Assembly: GCA_963575745.1 (NCBI GenBank)
Contig: CAUYUJ010000098.1
Coordinates: 62,001-118,276, forward strand
DNA from: Prorocentrum cordatum
Lineage: Eukaryota
Reading direction: 5' to 3'
Length of the DNA: 56,276 nt
Below, piece after piece: positions 49,222-56,276 of the stretch. Position numbers and translations under genes: made by a program. How positions within the stretch are numbered: the stretch's first letter is position 1; each line of letters starts with the position of its first letter. The notes beneath the pieces were generated by a model. The model made no database searches and was not told the origin of the DNA. It was given only the letters and a program-made list of their open reading frames with translations.

Positions 49222-49365
49222 GAAGGATTGCACAAAAACGAAGGATTGCAAAAAAGATTGCAAAAAAAACAGGATTGCAAAAAAAACCTGGATTGCAAAA
49301 AAAACCTGGGTTTGCAAAACACCCTTCGTTTTTTGCAATCCTGGATTTTTTTGCAATCCTTCGTT
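49222..49365. repeat. Fold-back element built of GGATTGCAAAAA subrepeats
   Basis: Direct subrepeats followed by their reverse complements, embedded in a GGA tract. Confidence 0.6.
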
Positions 49366-51498
49366 CGAGGAGGAGGAGGACGAAGACGGGGGAGAAGGAG
49401 GGGAGAGAAGGATGTAGGTGGAGGAGGCGGAGAAGAGGAGGAGGATTGGTGAAGAAGAACATGAAAAGGAATACTATAATCGAGGTTGTTGGGCGCCCGT
49501 GGCTCCATTTTGGCCTCTGGCAGCCTCCAGAGGCATCCTAAGCCTCCTTTGGCGGGACCTCTAGATGCATCCAGACATTTTCCTGGCATCCAGACATTCT
49601 CCATACATAAAGTCTTCCCCCACTTGTTCCCCCTCTCTGGTGAGGCAGCGGGCGCTGAAACAGCATCGACGTCCTCTTAAGGATGGTCGATGCGAGAACT
49701 GTCCTTTCCCGTCGTTCCCCAATGCCTGTATCTCTTGACACGCGCACGTTCCAAGCTGCACGGAAACGAACCGAGGAGGAGGAAGATCGGGGTGGACGAA
49801 AATTATCAGCGCGCACAGACACAGGGGCTGAGAGAGGGAGTCGGCCTGATGAGAAGGCGGGGGGCTCCTTGGAAAGCAAGGGCCTTCTTAGAAACAACAT
49901 GGCGATCATGGGGGAAGCGGGTCCCATGGGAAACTGGTCCTGGGCCCGGGGGCCTTCCCCCAGGACGAGTTCTTCATCCTGAGTCGATTTCAAGCAGTCC
50001 CAGGGCCCAGACCTGAAAACGGCAAAACACCTCTGGTCCCGTTTCCCTCAGGACCTGCTTCCCCCATGGCAATTCTGAGAAAGCATGGGGGCTCCCAAGA
50101 GGCCCTCCCCTGCGGACCTAAGGGTTTCCAGGAAGCCCCTGACCTCTAAGAAGGCCTCCAGGCTTCTTGGGAAAGCCGCCAGTCTCGAACTCCCCCTCCC
50201 TTTGTGCGCGGCGCCGTGAAGGGGGGGGTAGAAGAAGCAGGGTTAGCGAATCAACTGCTCCTCCTCCTCCTCCTTTTTGATCCTCCTCCTCCTCCTCCTC
50301 TCATCGATGGCAAATCCTCCTCCTTTGGCAACCAGCGATGTGTGCAGCTGGTCTGCCCGGCGCCTCGAGGCCCCGGGACCGCCCGTACATCAAGAAAAGC
50401 GCCGGGCAGCGGGGCCGGAGCGCATCGGCTATGCATGCCTCTCTCCCCTCCCCCCTCCCCCCTCTGGTCTTCCCTTTCGGGCCCCGCGAGGGAAAGATGG
50501 TGAGGAGGAGGAGGAGGAGGAGGAGGAGGAGGAGGAGGAGGAGGAGGACCAGGGTGAATGAAACATGCACGAGCGATGCTGTATGGTCGTGTGTATAAGC
50601 TATGTAGTGTGTGAAAGTGTGATATGTGTGGTGTGAGCTGTGAGGTGCAAGCTAGGCGGCGCAACAGCTGTGGTCAATCTACGTGGTGTGAACTGCGCGG
50701 TGAAGCCGTGTGGTGCACCCTGTGTGGTGTATGAGCCGTGTGGTGTAAGCTAAGCGGTGCAGCGGGGCGGCCACGGGCGGCGACGCGGCGAATCTCGGCG
50801 GACCCCCCAAATCAAGGGGGCGGCCACGAGGCGACCACGGGCGGCCACGCGGGGAAATCTCGGAGGGCCCAAGCAATCCCGTAGCGAGAGAAGCAAGAGC
50901 CCCTGAAGCGCAAGCACTGCTTGTGGAACTGGATGCCTTGAGGGAAGATCTTTTGAAGCCGGCGGCGCAGAGGATCCGCAGGCGCGGAGACGACAGATGG
51001 AAATGCCAATCGCGATCATCTTGAGGGGGATACCCGCGAGCACACCGCGAGGCGGGCCGTTGGCCCTGGCGAGCCTGGGGCTTCCCCCGCGCCAGGCCTC
51101 GCGGCCAGCGCAGTCAGGCGCGGGCCTCTCGCGTCGTCACCCGCCCCTTCGGCGGCAGGCTCGGCGCCGCCAATGAGGAAGAGGAGAAGGGTACTCCGGA
51201 TTCCATAATAAAGTAGGGGGGGTTACATTTGGCGGGGGGGTCTGATTTGAGCTGTCTTGAAGGGTTAGGGGGGGTCTGGGCAAAGAGCCGCCCTTTCATG
51301 GATGGTCTGGGGGGGTCTAAAACTTGTGGTCTGGGAGGATTGTGAACCCCTCCCTTTTATTACGAAATCTGGAGTAAGCCAAGGGACCAGAATCGATATT
51401 TAGATCAACTCTGCCTCCAAGTTCCCTCTTCACAGGTCGCTGCAAGAATGTGCTTTCATCGCGGGAAGTGCCCGCCCCACAGCAATACATGCGTCTGC

Positions 51499-52070
51499 GA
51501 ATCCTCAATCGTGCCAAAACGCCGTTCCTGGGACTTCAGCGCTGCGAATCAGCGTGACCGTTGCGTCATAGCAATCCTAAGCCGCGCCAGACCACCATTC
51601 CTGAGAATCCAGCGCAGTTAATCATCATGACTGTGGCGACCTGACAATCCTAACTCGCGTCAGGAAACCATTCCTGGGACCTCGACCCTACGAACCATGG
51701 AAACAGTTAAAACTTCAGGCGGATGTGCGCGGTGCGCAGGCGAGAATTACATGCGAAGAAAGGATCGCCCTCCGTCTTTGAAACAGCTGCGAATTTAAAC
51801 GAGTGTGCGCCACGCTCAGGCGAGAGCCACATATTCAACAACAACCACCAGCCCTCCATCCTGGAAGCTGTTGCAAACTTCAAGACGACTGTGCACGGTG
51901 TCGAGGCGAGAGCCACATCGTGACAATCGCCCCCCCTCCATGCTTGAAGCAACTTGTGCAACGAATGTGCCATGCGGGCGGCGCTGAGGCGGGAGCCGCA
52001 GTTTGAAAGCCACCCGCCCTCCACCTGTGATGCTGTTGCAAGTTCAGGCTTCAGGATCGCACATGGTGAG
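51499..52070. repeat. Two adjacent diverged minisatellites (~73-bp and ~82-bp units)
   Basis: Recurring AATCCT...CCATTCCTG, then GGCGAGAGCCAC...CCCTCCA...TGCAA motifs. Confidence 0.6.
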
Positions 52071-54739
52071 GAACTCTAAGGCGAACCCCCTGCACCTCCT
52101 TGCCGACAAGTTATTGGGGATACGACCAGGAGTTCTTTTATAAGGAAATGGGATTGCGGGGGAGGAGGCGGAGGGGGAGGCGCTGGAGGAGGAGGAGGAG
52201 GAGGAGGAGGAGGAGGAGAGAGAGAGAAAGAGAGAGGAAGAGGAGGAGGAAGAGGAGGAAGAGGAGGAGGAGGAGGACGAAGATAAAGAAGAGGAACCCT
52301 CAACACTACCAGCCGTGCCAGTCCGTGCCCCGACCCGCGACGTGTGCGCACGCCAAGCAGGACCAGCAAAGCAGGCGAAAAACGACCAGCAGCCCTACGC
52401 TGTAAGATCGGCTGTGCTCGTCTCCTGGAGAGCGCGCAGAGTCTCTCTGGGCGCGCGGAGACTCAGCGGCGTGCGCCGCTGCGGAGGCTTACGAGGAGAC
52501 AAAGCAGGATGAGGGGGAGGAGGAAGAAGAGGTCTCCAGAAGTCTGGAGATTCCCGGAGGTCCTCGGAAGGCACTGGGAACTACCAGGAGCATCGCTTCA
52601 TTTTCTCCTGCCCCTACTTCTCGACCCTCTCTCTTCATCGGGGAAAGGAGGCAGGGGAAGCGGTAGAAGTTGGACGAAGAGGAAGAGCAACGCGTGGCTT
52701 GTGGAGGAGGAATAGGAAGAGGATCGAGTGGCCCCACGGGGGCAGCTTCTGTACCCCCAGCCCCCGCGCGGGCCGTCCGCGGGACAAGCAGAGGCCCGGG
52801 GCCAGTGCTCCCTTGGGTGATCTGCTGCTGCACTTGCCTGAAAAGCGCCGGCGCGGCGGCAAAAACGCGGTTCAGAATCTGGATCGGCGCCTTCTCAAAC
52901 ACTTGGCTGAGCGAATTGACAAGGCACGCCTGTGAAAGCCCATCCGTATCCGCTCCGGCCGCCTTCGTTGTAGACGGCGGCGGCAAGCTGCTGGAGGCGG
53001 GACACAGGAGAGGGAGGAGCCGGGGCAGAAGCTGCGGCGGCTCCCGGCCAGGAGCAAAGGCCAGCCAGGAGCCGCCGTGGCTCTTGGCCGGACTCCTTCC
53101 CCATCCGGACAGGAGCAAAGAGGACGGTGCTGCTTTCGACGACACCAAAATCGCTGGTCTCCGTGCCAGTCTCTGCTGAATTCGAGCAGGAAGGATGGGA
53201 GGAAGACCAGGGTGAGGAGCTACGCCCAAGCCCAAACCTCCTCTGTCGTCTTTTTGTTCGCAGCAGCGTGGACCCCCACAGCTCTGGACTTTTCAACAGG
53301 GGCCGCTCCTCCTTCCTAGCCGTTTCGAAGGCCCCCGGAAGCCGAAAGTGGGCAGAAACCTTCCGTCATGCTGTTTTTCCACGACCGCAAGAGGTCTGGC
53401 GATGAGGAGGAGCAACAGTGGTAGCAAGATGGGAACGAACAGAAGCCTGCATGCACCGGGCCAGCACTTTGTAGCTGGCGCTAGGGCGCATCAAAGCGGC
53501 GGCCGCGGCGGGCTCCCGCTCTGCCAGCTCAAACGGGCAAGCTTGTGACTGCCCCGTGCCACCACTGCCCAAGCCGACGATCCTAGAACGCCTGGTAGCG
53601 CCAACGTGTCCTCGTCGACCAAAGCCGATCAATGCGACGCGGGCAGTGCAAGGACGGCCGCCAGTGATACCCGTGGAGCTGAACGGGGTAAAGACACAGT
53701 TCGGCGGCAAGCGAGGGGGGAAGTGAGAAGGAGAAGGCGTTCTCAGAAGGCTGCGGGACTTCCCAGAAGCCCTCGCGCCTTCTGAGAAACCAAGCCCGTG
53801 CCTCCGGGGCAGGCTCAGACACTCCTCGCAAGGCCGGAGGTCTGCCGAGACTTCTGAGAGGGCCTCCCCCTTCCTCCCCTCGCTCGCCGCCGCACAGTGG
53901 GCTGACACGCCCCCGAGGATCGCCGAGCGGGGGGCGCATGGCGAGCCAACAGCGCCAGGGCCAGCACGCCGATCCAGCTCGAGCGGCTGCGTGCGGGCGA
54001 CCCCGCCGCGCCGACCGCGGCCCGCGGCGCGAGGGCCCGCGGTCCGAGCGCGTGTGGCATCGGGAGCGCGCGGGGTCCCGGCGGACGCGTGCGGCTGCTC
54101 GTGGACGACCTGCGGCTGGCGCTGCCCCCTCCCTCCCCTCCCGGGGCACACGCTAGTGTATACGGACTCGGGGCCTGCGGATCGGGCGCGCGGGCGCCGG
54201 ATCCACGGACCGTGGAGAGCGCGCCCCTCTGAGCACGAGGCCAGGGCCGTGTGACTCGGTGCCGAGGCGCGTCGGTGCGGCACGGGAGCGGGGCCCGTCG
54301 CTGAGCCTCGCGCCTCGATCCCTGTTCGCGCTTCCTCGATCCCTGCTCCTGCTCGCTCCTGCTTGCTGGGTTCCTCGCTCCCCCCTTCCCTCGTCCTCCT
54401 CGGCTCGGGGCGGCCTGCGACTCGAGTTGCGGGGCCAGCGCGGGTGGAGAAGTTGCTGCCCCTGCGGTGGCACGTCTGCTTCTTCGGGGGCGCTGCTCGC
54501 ACCTCCTGGGCCTCTGGGGAACTCCTCGTCGCTGCGGCTAGATCCGCCTCGAAATTCTGGCCTGACCGCGCCTTGTGGCAGCTTGATTGTCCCCCAACCA
54601 TCCTGTTGTTGGGCCCTCGCTTTGGATAGACAACGCCGCGCCCCCCCCTCCCACCCGCTGCCCCCTCCTCCTGCTCCTCCTCCTCCTCCTTCTTTTCCTC
54701 CCCGCCTTTTTGCCTCTGCCCTCCGCATGTCTCTGCTTC

Positions 54740-55050
54740 AGCACACCCCTCACACGCTTCGTGGCTTCGTAGGGAGCTCCAGCTAAGCCCAAATGCCACG
54801 GTCCGCGTGGCCCCGCCGCCTCATTTCGGCACGCCCCTCGCACGCTGTGGCCCCATGGGGAGCTCCAACTGAAGCGCACATGCCAAGGTCCGCAGGGCCC
54901 CGCCGCCTGATTCCGGCACACCCCTCACACGCTTCGTGGCTCCATATAAAGGGGGCTTCTGCTCCGGCCGACATGCCAGGGCCCGCATGGCGGCGCCGCC
55001 TCATGTCGGCACGCCCCTCGCACGCTACGTGGCCCCATGGGGAGCTCCAG
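54740..55050. repeat. Minisatellite, ~88-bp unit x ~3.5
   Basis: Repeated GCAC(A/G)CCCCTC(A/G)CACGCT..GTGGC...CGCCGCCT. Confidence 0.8.
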
Positions 55051-56170
55051 CCCCAGACCCCCCGGCGTCATATTTTTTCTGATCGTCGACCCTCAGATGT
55101 CTCGACCCATTCCCCTGGACCAACTTTTCATCCTGAGTCGTTTTTCTGACGACCCGAAGGCCCGGCAAGGGCCTCCGGAGATCGAACGTAGTGACCAAAT
55201 CTTCCGCCATGATTTCTTTCGTTGCCCGAAAGGGGGTCTGCCACGGAAGCTCTTGCGCCGCAGCGCGGCAGAGGCAGCCCGCGTGCGCGTCCAAGCAACC
55301 AGGGGCACGGTAGTATTACCCCGGGGTCTGTTAGATCTTATTTTAAGAACGTGTTAGTTATATAATAACATATGATCTTATAATAAGAGCGCACACACAT
55401 GAAACACATGCTTTTTTCATTCAATCGCATGCCATACACTCGCATCGCATCTTGAAAGCGCTGCGTAGAACTTTCGGATACGCAAGCTCTTCCAAGAAAA
55501 CACTTGGCATGGACGAGCACATCTGCATGTACAAACAAGATAAACCTTCAAGACGCATTTGTAACTTGAGGATGTCACAAGGTAAATAGCACGTGCACAA
55601 CCTGTTGTGAGCACCACGCTGCTGAAACACCCGTGAACTATGGATATCAGCCACCGTCATCCTCCTTTTCCTCCTCCTCCTCCTTATCCTTCTCCTCCTC
55701 CTCCGTTTGTCCCTCCTCTTCCTCATCCTCCTCGCCCTCCTCATTATCATTTTCCTCCTCTTCCTCCTCCTCACCATCATCCTCCTCATGATCCTCCTCG
55801 TCGTTCTCCTCGTGATCCCTCGAAGTGTCATGTGGATCATGGCCCTCGGGAATCTTCGCGGCGGTCCCCGAGGACATGTTACGTGCGTCGCGTGCTTTGT
55901 TGATTCTTCTCCTCAGGGAGCGGGAGAAGGATATCCTTCTCCCGATCCTTGCCCTTCTCTTCTGCACGCCCCTTCTCGCGGCGCCATTTACGACGAGGAC
56001 GAGGCAGGGCGCTGATCCAGCGCGAGGGCGGCCACCTGCGAGCAGAAGGCGTCTGGATACTTCTCCGACGCCTTCTGCTCGCCCTTTCTACCTGTCGCCC
56101 ACTCAGAGCGCCAGCCACCCGCTCTCGGAGTGGATGCGCGCCTCGCCTCCACCTGAAGGCGGAGCGATGA

Positions 56171-56249
<79 letters not shown>

Positions 56250-56276
56250 TGTTCTCTCTCTCTCTCTCTCTCTCTC

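Noticed and set aside
52838..52929. Minus-strand exon-like segment ACLVNSLSQVFEKAPIQILNRVFAAAPALF with AG|G and AG|gcaagt ends
   Set aside because: Phase does not join the 48411 exon and it has no kinase motif; may be a fragment of something else
53925..53985. SWIGVLALALLARHAPP resembling kinase subdomain IX
   Set aside because: Lacks the invariant Asp (DxWS) and has no convincing splice sites
56020..56075. SEKYPDAFCSQVAALAL, resembling a retrotransposon MTase C-terminal motif
   Set aside because: Too short, with no supporting upstream motifs in frame

Overview
GC-rich, microsatellite- and MITE-dense eukaryotic genomic DNA. The AG|G acceptors, GC/GA/GT donors, micro-exons and multi-kb introns point to a dinoflagellate (Prorocentrum-like; inference). 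Most of the window is intronic sequence of one minus-strand gene that the ORF track misses. Nine 43-90 nt exons between 48411 and 606 splice in phase into the C-terminal end of a Ser/Thr kinase domain followed by degenerate EF-hands (CDPK-like). Its 13.9-kb intron holds an apparently intact, recent 7.4-kb tyrosine-recombinase retrotransposon (14903-22339) with PAT/Ngaro-type split direct repeats (A1-ORFs-B1-A2-B2). The element encodes a small Cys-rich hydrophobic ORF0, a Gag-like ORF, an RT(YVDN)-RNaseH-cytosine-methyltransferase polyprotein, and a tyrosine recombinase at the end of a 2031-codon frame that overlaps all of pol without a stop. Other introns hold a 5'-truncated L1/Tx1-like LINE, a decayed CRE-like LINE, several MITE families, minisatellites and simple repeats. 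Most other ORFs in the track are artefacts of simple repeats.
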